A stretch of DNA of 32,000 nt from Nonlabens ponticola (GTDB lineage Bacteria; Bacteroidota; Bacteroidia; Flavobacteriales; Flavobacteriaceae), in assembly GCF_003966335.1 (NCBI RefSeq), contig NZ_CP034549.1, forward strand, positions 1,140,001 through 1,172,000, in the 5' to 3' direction. How positions within the stretch are numbered: the stretch's first letter is position 1; the number at the start of each line of letters is the position of its first letter. The position numbers and the translations under genes are program-made. Below, in pieces: positions 7,969 through 19,678 of the stretch. The notes under the pieces were generated by a model. That model was not told where the DNA came from. It made no database searches and was given only the letters and a program-made list of their open reading frames with translations.

Positions 7969-8523
7969 ATGGCAGAGGATACAGATGTAATGAAGTGGTA
8001 TGTTGTTCGATCAGTAAGTGGTCAGGAAAACAAGATTAAAGAGTATATCGAGGACGAGATAAATCACCACAATCTCAATGATTACCTACAGCAGATTTTA
8101 GTGCCTACTGAAAAGGTTATTCAAATACGCAACGGTAAAAAAATTAATAAGGAGAAAGTATATTTTCCTGGTTATATCATGATTCAAGCTAGGCTTGAAG
8201 GTGAGGTTCCTCACATTATTAAGTCTGTCAACGGTGTCATAGGTTTCTTAGGTGAGACTAAAGGCGGTGAGCCAGTTCCTTTGAGAAAGTCAGAGGTAAA
8301 TAGGATGCTAGGTAAAGTAGATGAGCTTGCTGAGCAAACAGACAATATTGCCATACCATTCAAAATTGGTGAGACAATTAAAGTGGTTGATGGACCATTC
8401 AATGGTTTCAATGGGACTATTGAAAAAGTAAATGAAGAAAAACGCAAACTTGAAGTTATGGTCAAAATCTTTGGACGTAAAACTCCACTAGAGTTGAGCT
8501 ATATGCAAGTTGAAAAAGTATAA
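7969..8523 (+). CDS. nusG: transcription termination/antitermination factor NusG
   Basis: 184 aa. NGN domain (WYVVRSVSGQENKIKEYIE) and KOW motif (GETIKVVDGPFNGFNGTIEKV). Confidence 0.97.
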   Translation: MAEDTDVMKWYVVRSVSGQENKIKEYIEDEINHHNLNDYLQQILVPTEKVIQIRNGKKINKEKVYFPGYIMIQARLEGEVPHIIKSVNGVIGFLGETKGGEPVPLRKSEVNRMLGKVDELAEQTDNIAIPFKIGETIKVVDGPFNGFNGTIEKVNEEKRKLEVMVKIFGRKTPLELSYMQVEKV

Positions 8524-8589
8524 ATGTTACAGTTTATAGATATGATAGAGGCTTCCACTTTTATTATATCAAACATTGAAAATTAAGAA

Positions 8590-9030
8590 ATGGCTAAAGA
8601 AGTATCTAAGGTTGTAAAATTACAAGTTAGAGGTGGTGCAGCAAACCCATCTCCACCTGTAGGACCTGCACTTGGTGCGGCTGGTGTAAACATTATGGAG
8701 TTCTGTAAGCAGTTTAATGCTAGAACCCAAGATAAAGCTGGTAAAGTATTGCCAGTTGCAATCACTGTTTACAAGGACAAGTCTTTTGACTTTGTTATTA
8801 AAACACCACCAGCAGCAGTGCAAATTCTAGAGGCAACAAAATTAAAAGGCGGTAGCGGTGAACCTAACCGTAAGAAAGTAGGAACTATCAGTTGGGATCA
8901 GATAAGAACGATCGCAGAGGATAAGATGCCTGACTTAAATGCCTTTACTGTAGAAAGTGCCATGAAAATGGTCGCTGGTACTGCCAGATCAATGGGTGTT
9001 AACGTTAAGGGTGGATCTGCACCTGCTTAA
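8590..9030 (+). CDS. rplK: 50S ribosomal protein L11
   Basis: 146 aa. [35 protein letters not shown] is a canonical uL11 sequence. Confidence 0.98.
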   Translation: MAKEVSKVVKLQVRGGAANPSPPVGPALGAAGVNIMEFCKQFNARTQDKAGKVLPVAITVYKDKSFDFVIKTPPAAVQILEATKLKGGSGEPNRKKVGTISWDQIRTIAEDKMPDLNAFTVESAMKMVAGTARSMGVNVKGGSAPA

Positions 9031-9040
9031 AACTTAGAAG

Positions 9041-9739
9041 ATGGCAAAATTGACAAAAAAACAAAAAGAGACTACTGCCAAGGTAGATACGTCGCAGACA
9101 TATTCTGTAGCTGATGCATCTAAATTGGTTAAGGATATCTCGAAAGTAAACTTTGATCCTTCTGTAGATCTTGCAGTTCGTTTGAACGTAGATCCACGTA
9201 AGGCCAATCAAATGGTAAGAGGTGTAGTTACATTACCTCACGGTACGGGTAAGGATGTTAAGGTTCTTGCTCTTGTAACACCAGACAAAGTAGCCGAGGC
9301 TGAAGAGGCTGGAGCCGACTATGTAGGTCTTGATGAATATCTTGACAAGATTAAAGGCGGTTGGACTGATGTTGATGTAATTATCACAATGCCAAGTGTA
9401 ATGGGTAAGTTAGGTCCTCTAGGACGTGTGTTAGGTCCTCGTGGCTTAATGCCTAACCCAAAGACTGGTACAGTTACTATGGATGTTGCTAAGGCAGTAT
9501 CTGACGTGAAGGCTGGTAAGATTGACTTTAAAGTTGATAAGACAGGTATCGTTCACGCAGCGATTGGTAAAGCATCATTTGATGCTGAAAAAATTGCTGG
9601 TAACGCACGAGAATTAATTAACACGTTAGTTAAGCTAAAACCGACAACGTCAAAAGGAATATATATCAAGAGTATATATATGTCTAGTACTATGAGTCCT
9701 AGTATCCAGATTGACACTAAACGTTTTGCAGACGACTAA
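9041..9739 (+). CDS. rplA: 50S ribosomal protein L1
   Basis: 232 aa. Typical uL1 sequence ([19 protein letters not shown]...[16 protein letters not shown]) in the conserved position after rplK. Confidence 0.98.
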   Translation: MAKLTKKQKETTAKVDTSQTYSVADASKLVKDISKVNFDPSVDLAVRLNVDPRKANQMVRGVVTLPHGTGKDVKVLALVTPDKVAEAEEAGADYVGLDEYLDKIKGGWTDVDVIITMPSVMGKLGPLGRVLGPRGLMPNPKTGTVTMDVAKAVSDVKAGKIDFKVDKTGIVHAAIGKASFDAEKIAGNARELINTLVKLKPTTSKGIYIKSIYMSSTMSPSIQIDTKRFADD

Positions 9740-9749
9740 AACCTAAATC

Positions 9750-10265
9750 ATGACAAGAGAACAAAAAGCAACTGTTATAAAAGACTTGACTGCTACTTTA
9801 GGTGATAGTTCAACTATTTATCTAGCGGATATATCTGGGCTCAACGCTTCTGATACGTCAAATTTACGTCGTGCTTGTTTTAAAGCAAACGTGAGCATAT
9901 CTGTAGTTAAGAATACGCTGCTCGCAAAAGCAATGGAAGCTTCTGAAAAGGATTTTGGTGAATTACCAGAATTGTTGAAAGGCAACACTTCTATAATGCT
10001 TTCTGAAGTGGCTAACGCTCCAGCTAAGGTTATTCGAAACTTCCGTAAGAAATCTGATAAGCCTGTGCTTAAAGGTGCTTACATTGAAGAAGCGATCTAT
10101 GTAGGAGATGATAAAGTAGATGTCTTGAGTGACATCAAGTCTAAGGAAGAAATGATTGGTGAGATCATAGGTCTACTTCAAAGCCCAGCTAAAAATGTGG
10201 TTTCTGCACTTAAATCAGGTGGTGGTAAACTTGCTGGTATCCTTAAAACGCTATCTGAAAAATAG
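9750..10265 (+). CDS. rplJ: 50S ribosomal protein L10
   Basis: 171 aa. Placed by position between rplA and rplL, with uL10-like sequence (LNASDTSNLRRACFKANVSISVVKNTL). Confidence 0.95.
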   Translation: MTREQKATVIKDLTATLGDSSTIYLADISGLNASDTSNLRRACFKANVSISVVKNTLLAKAMEASEKDFGELPELLKGNTSIMLSEVANAPAKVIRNFRKKSDKPVLKGAYIEEAIYVGDDKVDVLSDIKSKEEMIGEIIGLLQSPAKNVVSALKSGGGKLAGILKTLSEK

Positions 10266-10317
10266 CAATCAATTAGTACGCAATTAATTATTTATAAATT
10301 TTATTAAAACGATAGAA

Positions 10318-10692
10318 ATGGCAGATTTAAAAGATTTCGCAGAGCAGTTAGTTAACTTAACTGTGAAAGAAGTAAACGAATTAGCAGACATACTTAAAGA
10401 AGAGTATGGAATTGAACCAGCAGCAGCAGCAGCTGTTATGGCTGGACCAGCTGCAGGCGGCGGTGAAGCTGCTGATGAGCAGACTGAATTTGATGTAATC
10501 CTAACTGCTCCAGGTGGCGCTAAGCTTGCTGTAGTAAAACTAGTTAAAGAATTAACTGGTGCTGGATTGAAAGATGCAAAAGAACTTGTTGATAGTGCAC
10601 CATCTCCAATTAAGGAAGGTGTTTCTAAAGATGAGGCAGAAGCACTTAAGGCACAGCTAGAAGAAGCTGGTGCTGAGGTTGAGTTGAAGTAA
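10318..10692 (+). CDS. rplL: 50S ribosomal protein L7/L12
   Basis: 124 aa. Ala/Gly-rich hinge and C-terminal domain [24 protein letters not shown]...[10 protein letters not shown]. Confidence 0.98.
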   Translation: MADLKDFAEQLVNLTVKEVNELADILKEEYGIEPAAAAAVMAGPAAGGGEAADEQTEFDVILTAPGGAKLAVVKLVKELTGAGLKDAKELVDSAPSPIKEGVSKDEAEALKAQLEEAGAEVELK

Positions 10693-10714
10693 TTCTTCAC
10701 AACCCAACATTATC

Positions 10715-10751
10715 GGTTTAGACCTGTGAGCGTGGCTCACAGGCCTAGACC
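10715..10751 (+). terminator. long hairpin between rplL and rpoB (candidate attenuator or partial terminator)
   Basis: 17-nt arms GGTTTAGACCTGTGAGC (10715-10731) and GCTCACAGGCCTAGACC (10735-10751) with a 3-nt loop, one G-U pair and one mismatch, followed by ATTTTG. A second T7 run lies at 10788-10794. Confidence 0.5.
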
Positions 10752-10816
10752 ATTTTGCGTATAAAGATGAGACGTCGTCTACAACGCTTTTTTTAACCTT
10801 TTAATACCGTGCATTA

Positions 10817-13800
10817 ATGCTAGCAACAAACACAGAAAGAATTAATTTTTCGACGGTAACAAGCAAAGCAGAATATCCTGATCTGCTGGATATCCAAATC
10901 AAATCGTTTCAGGATTTCTTTCAATTAGAAACTAAATCTGATAAAAGAGAAGTTGAAGGTCTATACAACACCTTCATGGAAAACTTCCCGATTACAGATA
11001 CTCGCAACCAGTTTGTATTAGAGTTTCTTGACTATTTTGTAGATCCACCACGATACTCCATTCAAGAATGTATCGAGCGTGGCCTTACTTACAGCGTGCC
11101 ACTCAAGTCACGCCTTAAATTATATTGTACTGATCCAGAACATGAGGATTTTGAAACCATCGTTCAGGATGTTTACTTAGGTACAATTCCCTACATGACT
11201 CCATCTGGCACATTCGTTATAAACGGTGCAGAAAGAGTTGTTGTATCACAACTACACAGATCTCCAGGTGTATTCTTTGGACAGTCGTTTCACGCAAATG
11301 GTACAAAGTTGTACTCTGCCCGTGTAATACCATTCAAGGGATCATGGATTGAATTTGCTACTGACATCAATAGTGTTATGTATGCATATATTGATCGTAA
11401 GAAAAAATTACCTGTAACAACGCTTTTCCGTGCTATCGGTTTTGAAAGAGACAAGGATATCCTTGGAATCTTTGACCTTGCGGAAGAAGTAAAAGCTACA
11501 AAAACCGGACTTAAAAAATACCTAGGTCGTAAACTTGCCGCACGTGTTCTTAGAACTTGGCATGAGGATTTTGTTGATGAGGATACGGGAGAAGTTGTTT
11601 CTATCGAGCGTAATGAGATCGTTCTTGATCGCGATACAGTTCTTGAGAAGGAACATATTGATGAGATACTAGAAGCCCAGGCTAAAACTATTCTTCTTCA
11701 TAAAGAAGATAATCAGTCTGCTGACTACGCGATCATCCATAATACACTACAAAAAGATCCAACTAATTCTGAAAAAGAAGCAGTTGAACATATCTATAGA
11801 CAATTACGTAATGCCGAGCCGCCAGATGAAGAAACCGCACGCGGTATCATCGATAAATTATTTTTCTCTGATCAGCGATATAATTTAGGTGAAGTAGGTC
11901 GTTACCGTATGAATAAAAAATTGGGTCTTGATATCGCAATGGACAAGCAAGTCTTGACCAAAGATGATATCATTACCATTATCAAGCACTTGATCATGTT
12001 GATCAACTCTAAAGCAGAGATTGATGATATTGACCACTTATCAAACCGTCGTGTACGTACGGTAGGTGAGCAGCTTAGTTCCCAATTTGGTGTTGGTCTT
12101 GCTCGTATGGCAAGAACAATTCGCGAACGTATGAACGTACGTGATAATGAGGTGTTTACACCTATTGACTTGATTAATGCAAAGACTTTGTCTTCTGTAA
12201 TCAATTCTTTCTTTGGTACCAACCAGTTATCTCAGTTCATGGATCAAACTAATCCATTGGCAGAGATTACACACAAGCGTCGTTTATCGGCACTAGGACC
12301 TGGTGGACTCTCGAGAGAAAGAGCTGGATTTGAGGTTCGCGACGTTCACTATACGCACTATGGCCGCTTATGTCCTATTGAAACTCCTGAAGGACCTAAC
12401 ATTGGTTTGATTTCTTCACTTGCTGTATTTGCTAAGGTGAACAGCATGGGATTCATTGAGACTCCTTATAGAAAGGTCAACGACGGTGTGGTAAATCTTG
12501 AAGAAGAACCAATCTATCTAAGTGCAGAAGAAGAAGAAGGAATGCACATAGCACAGGCAAACTTACCATTGAAGAAAGGTAAGATCGACCAGGATAATGT
12601 AATTGCTCGTATGGAAGGTGACTTCCCAGTAGTTGATCCTAGTGTTGTTGCTTATGCAGACGTTGCTCCTAATCAAATTGCTTCTATATCTGCGTCATTG
12701 ATTCCATTCTTGGAGCATGATGATGCAAACCGTGCCTTGATGGGATCAAACATGATGCGTCAGGCAGTACCACTATTGAGAGTTGATGCTCCTATTGTTG
12801 GAACAGGACTTGAAAGACAGGTTGCTAGTGATTCAAGAGTATTGATAAATGCAGAAGGTCCGGGTAAAGTAGTTTATGTAGATGCACAAAAGATCGTCAT
12901 AGAATACGATCGTACAGATCGTGAGAAGCTAGTAAGCTTTGATGCAGACGAGACTTCTTATAACTTGATCAAATTCCGTAAGACCAATCAAGGTACTTCT
13001 ATTACTTTGAAGCCTATCGTTCAAAAAGGCGATAGAGTTGAAAAAGGTCAAGTGCTGTGTCAAGGTTATGCAACTGAGGCTGGTGAATTAGCACTAGGGC
13101 GTAACATGAAAGTGGCATTTATGCCATGGAAAGGTTACAACTTTGAGGATGCGATTGTAATTTCAGAGAAGGTTGTACGTGAGGATATCTTTACTTCTAT
13201 TCACGTGGATGAATATTCACTTGAGGTTAGAGATACTAAACTCGGTAACGAGGAACTTACTGCAGATATACCTAACGTGTCTGAAGAAGCTACGGCAGAT
13301 CTTGATGAGCACGGTATGATACGCATTGGTGCAGAGGTTGAACCTGGTGATATCCTTATAGGTAAAATCACACCAAAAGGTGAATCTGACCCAACTCCAG
13401 AAGAGAAACTTCTTAGAGCCATTTTTGGAGATAAAGCAGGTGATGTGAAAGATGCATCACTCAAGGCTTCTCCATCACTTAAAGGTGTAGTGATCGACAA
13501 GAAATTGTTCTCACGCGCTGTCAAGGATAAGAAGAAAAGAGCGCAGGATAAAGAGGATATCGCAAGATTAGAGCAAGAGTATCAATCAAAATTTGATAAC
13601 CTACAATCTAGACTTGTTGAGAAACTTTTTGAAATCGTTAGTGGTAAAACATCACAAGGTGTATTCAATGACTTAGGAGAAGAAGTTCTTCCTAAAGGCA
13701 AAAAATACACTCTCAAAATGTTGAACTCGGTAGATGATTATACGCACTTAGTTTCTGGAACATGGACAACTACTAAGGAGACTAACGAGATCATTGCAGA

Positions 13801-14626
13801 TTTACTGCACAACTATAAGATTAAAGAAAACGATCTTCAAGGATCATTGAGACGTGAGAAGTTTACCATCAGTGTTGGTGATGAGCTTCCTGCTGGTATC
13901 ATCAAACTTGCTAAAGTTTACATCGCTAAAAAGCGTAAACTTAAAGTAGGTGATAAGATGGCTGGACGTCACGGTAATAAAGGTATCGTGGCACGTATAG
14001 TACGTCAAGAGGACATGCCATTCCTTGAGGATGGAACTCCTGTTGATATCGTTTTGAATCCACTAGGTGTACCATCTCGTATGAACATCGGGCAAATTTA
14101 TGAGACCGTTCTAGGATGGGCTGGTGAGAAATTGGGCAAGAACTTTGCGACACCAATTTTTGACGGTGCAACACTAGATCAAATCAATGGATACACAGAT
14201 GAGGCTGGTATTCCACGCTTCGGTCATACCTATCTATATGATGGTGGTACTGGAGAGCAGTTTGATCAACCAGCAACCGTTGGTATCATCTACATGCTTA
14301 AACTGGGTCACATGGTTGACGACAAGATGCACGCTAGATCTATCGGTCCTTACTCATTGATCACTCAGCAGCCACTCGGTGGTAAAGCACAGTTTGGTGG
14401 TCAGCGATTTGGTGAGATGGAGGTTTGGGCACTAGAGGCATACGGTGCTTCAAGTACTCTCCGCGAGATCTTGACCGTTAAGTCTGATGATGTGGTAGGA
14501 AGAGCTAAGACATATGAGGCCATTGTTAAAGGTGAGCCTATGCCAGAGCCTGGATTACCAGAATCGTTCAATGTATTGATGCACGAGTTAAAAGGTCTAG
14601 GACTAGACTTGAGACTCGAGGATTAA
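10817..14626 (+). CDS. rpoB: DNA-directed RNA polymerase subunit beta
   Basis: 1269 aa. Conserved blocks are present, for example [45 protein letters not shown] and [18 protein letters not shown]. Confidence 0.99.
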   Translation: MLATNTERINFSTVTSKAEYPDLLDIQIKSFQDFFQLETKSDKREVEGLYNTFMENFPITDTRNQFVLEFLDYFVDPPRYSIQECIERGLTYSVPLKSRLKLYCTDPEHEDFETIVQDVYLGTIPYMTPSGTFVINGAERVVVSQLHRSPGVFFGQSFHANGTKLYSARVIPFKGSWIEFATDINSVMYAYIDRKKKLPVTTLFRAIGFERDKDILGIFDLAEEVKATKTGLKKYLGRKLAARVLRTWHEDFVDEDTGEVVSIERNEIVLDRDTVLEKEHIDEILEAQAKTILLHKEDNQSADYAIIHNTLQKDPTNSEKEAVEHIYRQLRNAEPPDEETARGIIDKLFFSDQRYNLGEVGRYRMNKKLGLDIAMDKQVLTKDDIITIIKHLIMLINSKAEIDDIDHLSNRRVRTVGEQLSSQFGVGLARMARTIRERMNVRDNEVFTPIDLINAKTLSSVINSFFGTNQLSQFMDQTNPLAEITHKRRLSALGPGGLSRERAGFEVRDVHYTHYGRLCPIETPEGPNIGLISSLAVFAKVNSMGFIETPYRKVNDGVVNLEEEPIYLSAEEEEGMHIAQANLPLKKGKIDQDNVIARMEGDFPVVDPSVVAYADVAPNQIASISASLIPFLEHDDANRALMGSNMMRQAVPLLRVDAPIVGTGLERQVASDSRVLINAEGPGKVVYVDAQKIVIEYDRTDREKLVSFDADETSYNLIKFRKTNQGTSITLKPIVQKGDRVEKGQVLCQGYATEAGELALGRNMKVAFMPWKGYNFEDAIVISEKVVREDIFTSIHVDEYSLEVRDTKLGNEELTADIPNVSEEATADLDEHGMIRIGAEVEPGDILIGKITPKGESDPTPEEKLLRAIFGDKAGDVKDASLKASPSLKGVVIDKKLFSRAVKDKKKRAQDKEDIARLEQEYQSKFDNLQSRLVEKLFEIVSGKTSQGVFNDLGEEVLPKGKKYTLKMLNSVDDYTHLVSGTWTTTKETNEIIADLLHNYKIKENDLQGSLRREKFTISVGDELPAGIIKLAKVYIAKKRKLKVGDKMAGRHGNKGIVARIVRQEDMPFLEDGTPVDIVLNPLGVPSRMNIGQIYETVLGWAGEKLGKNFATPIFDGATLDQINGYTDEAGIPRFGHTYLYDGGTGEQFDQPATVGIIYMLKLGHMVDDKMHARSIGPYSLITQQPLGGKAQFGGQRFGEMEVWALEAYGASSTLREILTVKSDDVVGRAKTYEAIVKGEPMPEPGLPESFNVLMHELKGLGLDLRLED

Positions 14627-14637
14627 TTTTACCAGTA

Positions 14638-14685
14638 AGGATTGTGGTTAGTTAGCTTTCGCGAAAGCAAAATAGCGACAATCCT
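14638..14685. repeat. nested inverted repeat in the rpoB-rpoC spacer, with the family palindrome GCTTTCGCGAAAGC at 14655-14668
   Basis: Outer arms AGGATTGT (14638-14645) and ACAATCCT (14678-14685) flank the 14-nt perfect palindrome at 14655-14668. Confidence 0.8.
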
Positions 14686-14717
14686 CACTACTTCTAACTT
14701 AAAATAGTACCATAAAT

Positions 14718-17700
14718 ATGGCTAGATATAACGAAACCCAAACGCAGAAGAAATTTTCTAAGATTTCCATAGGTCTTGCATCTCCAGAATCAATCCTTGC
14801 AGAATCAAGAGGTGAAGTCTTGAAACCTGAGACGATTAACTATCGTACACACAAACCTGAGAGAGATGGTTTGTTCTGCGAGCGCATCTTTGGTCCTGTA
14901 AAGGATTATGAGTGTGCCTGTGGTAAATATAAACGCATACGTTACAAGGGTATCGTGTGTGATCGATGTGGTGTCGAGGTAACTGAAAAGAAGGTGAGAC
15001 GTGACCGTATAGGACACATCAATCTGGTAGTTCCTGTGGCGCACATTTGGTATTTCCGTAGTTTGCCTAATAAAATAGGTTACCTACTAGGATTACCATC
15101 TAAGAAACTGGATATGATCATCTACTACGAGAGATATGTAGTGATCCAGCCAGGTATCGCAAAAAATGAAGAAGGTGAAGAAGTTCAAAAAATGGACTTC
15201 CTAACTGAAGAAGAATACTTAAACATTCTTGACACGTTGCCACAAGAGAACATGTATCTCGAGGACAGCGATCCTAACAAATTCATCGCAAAGATGGGTG
15301 CAGAATGTTTGATCGATCTTCTACAACGCATTGATCTTGAATCATTGTCTTACGACCTGCGTCACAAGGCAAATAACGAGACGTCAAAGCAGCGCAAGAT
15401 GGAGGCACTCAAGCGTCTTCAAGTTGTTGAGGCTCTCAAGGAATCAAACGAGAAGCGTGAGAACAATCCAGAGTGGATGATTATGAAAGTGGTTCCAGTA
15501 ATACCGCCAGAATTACGTCCATTAGTACCACTAGATGGTGGTCGTTTTGCAACGTCTGACTTGAATGATTTGTATCGTCGTGTGATCATACGTAACAACC
15601 GTTTGAAACGATTGATGGAGATCAAGGCGCCAGAGGTAATCTTGCGTAATGAGAAGCGTATGCTTCAAGAAGCAGTTGACTCACTTTTAGATAATACTAG
15701 AAAATCAAGCGCTGTAAAGACAGATTCTAATCGTCCATTGAAATCTCTTTCTGACTCATTGAAAGGTAAGCAAGGACGTTTCCGCCAGAACTTACTGGGT
15801 AAGCGTGTTGACTATTCTGCACGTTCAGTAATTGTTGTTGGACCAGAATTGAAATTATATGAGTGTGGTATTCCTAAGGATATGGCTGCAGAGCTTTACA
15901 AGCCTTTTGTAATACGCAAGCTTATTGAGCGTGGTATTGTTAAAACGGTAAAAAGCGCCAAGAAAATTATAGATAAGAAAGAACCAGTGGTTTGGGATAT
16001 TCTGGAAAACGTCCTGAAAGGACATCCAGTTCTGTTGAACCGTGCGCCAACGCTACACCGTCTAGGTATACAGGCCTTCCAGCCTAAGCTTATTGAAGGT
16101 AAAGCGATCCAGCTACACCCATTAGTATGTACAGCATTTAATGCAGACTTTGATGGTGACCAGATGGCAGTACACTTACCACTAGGTCCAGAGGCTATTC
16201 TGGAAGCACAACTGTTGATGCTTGCATCACACAATATCTTGAATCCTGCCAATGGTAGCCCAATTGCGGTACCATCACAGGATATGGTATTGGGTCTATA
16301 TTACATGACCAAGTTGCGCAGATCAGAAGGTGATCACATCGTCAAAGGTGAAGGTCTTACCTTCTACGGTCCAGAAGAATTGGTAATTGCATTTAATGAG
16401 AAGCGAGTTGACATTAATGCGCCAGTAAAATGCCGTATCAAGTTATTGCAAAAAGATGGATCTTATAAAGCCGAGATCATTGAGACTACTGCTGGACGTG
16501 TTCTCTTTAATGAGAAAGTGCCAGACGAGGCTGGTTATATTAATGAGGTACTTACTAAGAAGGCCCTGCGCGATATCATCGGTGATATTCTTAAGGTAAC
16601 TGATGTTCCTAGAACAGCAGCATTCCTTGATGAAATCAAAGATCTAGGTTATGGATTTGCATTCCGTGGTGGATTGTCATTCTCTCTAGGAGACATTATG
16701 ATCCCAGCAGAAAAGCAATCTATGATTGATAATGCTAATAAGAAAGTAGACGCCATACGTGGTAACTACGGTATGGGTCTCATCACTCAAAACGAGCGTT
16801 ACAATCAAGTAATTGACGTATGGACTGCAACAAATGCAGAACTTACTGAATTGTCAATGAAGAACATTAGAGAAGATCAACAAGGATTTAACTCTGTGTT
16901 TATGATGCTTGACTCTGGTGCACGTGGATCTAAGGAACAAATCAGACAGTTGACTGGTATGCGTGGTCTTATGGCTAAGCCTAAAAAGTCTAACTCTGGT
17001 GGTGGCGAGATTATTGAAAACCCTATTCTTTCTAACTTTAAGGAAGGTCTTTCAATCCTTGAATACTTTATCTCAACGCACGGTGCTCGTAAAGGACTTG
17101 CAGATACAGCCCTTAAAACGGCAGATGCTGGTTACTTGACTCGTCGTCTGCATGACGTTGCACAAGATGTAATCGTCAATACGGTTGATTGTGAAACATT
17201 ACGCGGTATCGAGGTGGCACCGCTCAAGAAGAATGAAGAAGTAATGGAGCGCCTTGGTGCTCGTGTAGTAGGGCGTACTGCCTTGAATGACGTTGTAGAT
17301 CCTGCAACTCAAGATGTTATCGTTGCAGCTGGTGAATTGATTACAAATCAACTCGCTGATGTAATTGATGAGTCAGATCTTGAGTCAGTAGAAGTTCGCT
17401 CTCCGCTTACCTGTGAAGCAGATAAAGGCGTTTGTGCAAAATGTTATGGCCGCAACCTTGCTACTAATAGAATGGTAATGAGAGGTGAGGCTGTAGGTGT
17501 GATCGCAGCACAGTCTATTGGTGAGCCTGGTACACAGCTTACACTACGTACATTCCATGTGGGTGGTGTTGCAGGTAACGTTTCCGAAGAGAATACGATT
17601 GTTGCTAAAAACGATGGTATCCTTGAAATCGATGACTTGAAAACAGTCAAAGGTGAGAGTAGTGATGGTAAAGCAGTAGAGGTAGTAATATCTCGTACAG

Positions 17701-19025
17701 CTGAGGCTAAATTAATGCACCCTAAGACGGGAATTCTTCTTAACTCCAATAATATCCCTTATGGATCAGAGCTGTATGCAAAGGTTGGAGCCAAGGTTAA
17801 GAAAGGTGATCTGATTGCTAAATGGGATGCCTTTAACGGTGTGATCATTTCAGAATTTGCTGGTAAGATCAAGTTTGAAAATATCATTCAAGGAACAACC
17901 TTCCAGGTAGAGACTGATGAGCAAACAGGATATGAGGAGAAAGTAATTTCTGATTCGCGTGATAAAAAGTTGATCCCTACGTTGCATATTGTTGACACGA
18001 AAGGTGAAACACAAATAAGTTACAACCTACCAGTCGGAGCTCACCTGATGGTAAATGATGATGAGAAGATCAAAGTAGGTAAAGTGCTTGTTAAGATACC
18101 ACGTAAATCTGCCAAAGCAGGTGATATAACCGGTGGTCTTCCTCGAGTTACTGAATTATTTGAAGCGCGTAATCCTTCTAATCCAGCAGTAGTGACTGAG
18201 ATTGATGGTGTCGTTTCTTTCGGTAAGATCAAAAGAGGTAATCGTGAAATTATCGTGACTTCTAAGACTGATGAGGTTAAGAAATACCTAGTAAAACTAT
18301 CTAATCAAATCTTAGTACAAGAGAATGATTATGTTAGAGCAGGTATGCCGTTGTCTGATGGTTCTATTACACCTAAAGATATTCTTGCTATCAAAGGACC
18401 TAGCGCTGTTCAACAGTATCTAGTAAATGAGGTACAAGAAGTATATAGGTTACAAGGTGTGAAAATCAATGACAAACATTTTGAAGTTGTTGTACGTCAA
18501 ATGTTGCGTAAGGTTAAGATCGTTGATCCAGGTGATGGTGTATTCTTGGAGAACCAATTGGTTCACAAGGAAGACTTTATCAAAGAGAATGATAAACTTT
18601 ATGGTATGAAGGTAGTTGAAAGTGCTGGTGATTCTGATACCTTGAAAGAAGGGCAAATCATCACTCCACGACAACTGCGCGATGAAAATAGTAAACTTAA
18701 GAGAGAAGATAAGAATGCGGTAGTTGCAAGAGATGTAGAACCAGCAACAGCAGAGCCTGTGTTGCAAGGTATTACACGCGCATCACTACAAACTAAATCT
18801 TTCATTAGTGCTGCATCATTCCAGGAAACTACTAAAGTATTGAATGAGGCTGCGGTTAGCGGTAAGGTCGATACCCTAGAAGGACTGAAAGAGAATGTAA
18901 TCGTGGGACATAGAATACCAGCTGGTACTGGAATGCGTAACTATGATGATATCATCGTAGGTAGTAAAGAAGAATTTGAAAATTTACTGCAACGCAAGGA
19001 CGAACCACAAGTAAACTATAATTAA
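14718..19025 (+). CDS. rpoC: DNA-directed RNA polymerase subunit beta'
   Basis: 1435 aa. Zn-finger [20 protein letters not shown], catalytic [12 protein letters not shown], and trigger-loop/bridge-helix regions are recognisable. Confidence 0.99.
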   Translation: MARYNETQTQKKFSKISIGLASPESILAESRGEVLKPETINYRTHKPERDGLFCERIFGPVKDYECACGKYKRIRYKGIVCDRCGVEVTEKKVRRDRIGHINLVVPVAHIWYFRSLPNKIGYLLGLPSKKLDMIIYYERYVVIQPGIAKNEEGEEVQKMDFLTEEEYLNILDTLPQENMYLEDSDPNKFIAKMGAECLIDLLQRIDLESLSYDLRHKANNETSKQRKMEALKRLQVVEALKESNEKRENNPEWMIMKVVPVIPPELRPLVPLDGGRFATSDLNDLYRRVIIRNNRLKRLMEIKAPEVILRNEKRMLQEAVDSLLDNTRKSSAVKTDSNRPLKSLSDSLKGKQGRFRQNLLGKRVDYSARSVIVVGPELKLYECGIPKDMAAELYKPFVIRKLIERGIVKTVKSAKKIIDKKEPVVWDILENVLKGHPVLLNRAPTLHRLGIQAFQPKLIEGKAIQLHPLVCTAFNADFDGDQMAVHLPLGPEAILEAQLLMLASHNILNPANGSPIAVPSQDMVLGLYYMTKLRRSEGDHIVKGEGLTFYGPEELVIAFNEKRVDINAPVKCRIKLLQKDGSYKAEIIETTAGRVLFNEKVPDEAGYINEVLTKKALRDIIGDILKVTDVPRTAAFLDEIKDLGYGFAFRGGLSFSLGDIMIPAEKQSMIDNANKKVDAIRGNYGMGLITQNERYNQVIDVWTATNAELTELSMKNIREDQQGFNSVFMMLDSGARGSKEQIRQLTGMRGLMAKPKKSNSGGGEIIENPILSNFKEGLSILEYFISTHGARKGLADTALKTADAGYLTRRLHDVAQDVIVNTVDCETLRGIEVAPLKKNEEVMERLGARVVGRTALNDVVDPATQDVIVAAGELITNQLADVIDESDLESVEVRSPLTCEADKGVCAKCYGRNLATNRMVMRGEAVGVIAAQSIGEPGTQLTLRTFHVGGVAGNVSEENTIVAKNDGILEIDDLKTVKGESSDGKAVEVVISRTAEAKLMHPKTGILLNSNNIPYGSELYAKVGAKVKKGDLIAKWDAFNGVIISEFAGKIKFENIIQGTTFQVETDEQTGYEEKVISDSRDKKLIPTLHIVDTKGETQISYNLPVGAHLMVNDDEKIKVGKVLVKIPRKSAKAGDITGGLPRVTELFEARNPSNPAVVTEIDGVVSFGKIKRGNREIIVTSKTDEVKKYLVKLSNQILVQENDYVRAGMPLSDGSITPKDILAIKGPSAVQQYLVNEVQEVYRLQGVKINDKHFEVVVRQMLRKVKIVDPGDGVFLENQLVHKEDFIKENDKLYGMKVVESAGDSDTLKEGQIITPRQLRDENSKLKREDKNAVVARDVEPATAEPVLQGITRASLQTKSFISAASFQETTKVLNEAAVSGKVDTLEGLKENVIVGHRIPAGTGMRNYDDIIVGSKEEFENLLQRKDEPQVNYN

Positions 19026-19333
19026 TGAGTAAGGAGAGGAAAGATCACAAAATCAACATTGAAATAGATCCAGAGGTTGCAGAAGGTCAATACAGTAATT
19101 TGGCCATTATCAATCATTCAGTTTCAGAGTTTGTTGTTGATTTCGTGAATATCATGCCAGGTAATCCAAAAAGTAAAATCAAGTCAAGGATCATATTGAC
19201 TCCTCAACATGCTAAACGTTTAGCAATGGCGCTGTCTGATAATGTTCAAAAGTTTGAAAAAATGCATGGGACTATTAAGGACTATGATAAACCTCCTATT
19301 CCATTAAATTTTGGCCCGACGGGTCAAGCATAA
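19025..19333 (+). CDS. small conserved protein, DUF3467-like
   Basis: 102 aa. The ATG overlaps the rpoC TAA by one base (TAATG at 19023-19027). The sequence YSNLAIINHSVSEFVVDFVNIMPG...RIILTPQHAKRL matches my memory of the DUF3467 family found after rpoC in Bacteroidota; this is not verified by a search. Confidence 0.7.
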   Translation: MSKERKDHKINIEIDPEVAEGQYSNLAIINHSVSEFVVDFVNIMPGNPKSKIKSRIILTPQHAKRLAMALSDNVQKFEKMHGTIKDYDKPPIPLNFGPTGQA

Positions 19334-19335
19334 TC

Positions 19336-19370
19336 AAAAGCCTGATGTTATCATCAGGCTTTTTTATTTT
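19336..19370 (+). terminator. rho-independent terminator closing the rpoBC-DUF3467 unit
   Basis: GCCTGATG (19340-19347) pairs with CATCAGGC (19352-19359) around a 4-nt loop TTAT. An A-tract lies upstream and TTTTTTATTTT downstream. Confidence 0.85.
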
Positions 19371-19678
19371 ATATATATTCCTCATAAGAAAATTCGATAG
19401 CTTTGGTTTTTGCGACACCATTGAGTCGCTTCTAAGGCTATTTTAGATATTTCATATAGAAACACCCATAAGCTAAAATTAAGCCTGCTCATGCGCCTCA
19501 AAACAAGATTTTAAAAGGTGTACTACTAAATAAGTTTTTCTTACCAGTGTTTGGTCGATTATATCTGATCTTAAGCGATACGTTTCGTTAATCTTAGGAA
19601 TAATTAAAGATTTCAGTTAAGATATACTTAATTTAGTAGGTAAAACCCTATCCAAGGGTCGTTTTAAAAAATGTCTAT

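Noticed and set aside
10284-10700. A 138-aa minus-strand ORF covering rplL, and similar antisense ORFs inside tuf, rpoB, rpoC, nusG, rplK and the acyl-CoA dehydrogenase and amylase genes.
   Set aside because: All lie fully within strongly supported conserved + strand genes. They have low-complexity or unprotein-like sequences and are classic shadow ORFs.
12120-12127. TTCGCGAA inside rpoB as a ninth copy of the palindrome family.
   Set aside because: Only the 8-nt core matches and the flanks do not (AATTCGCGAACG). An 8-mer is expected about 0.5 times in 32 kb by chance.
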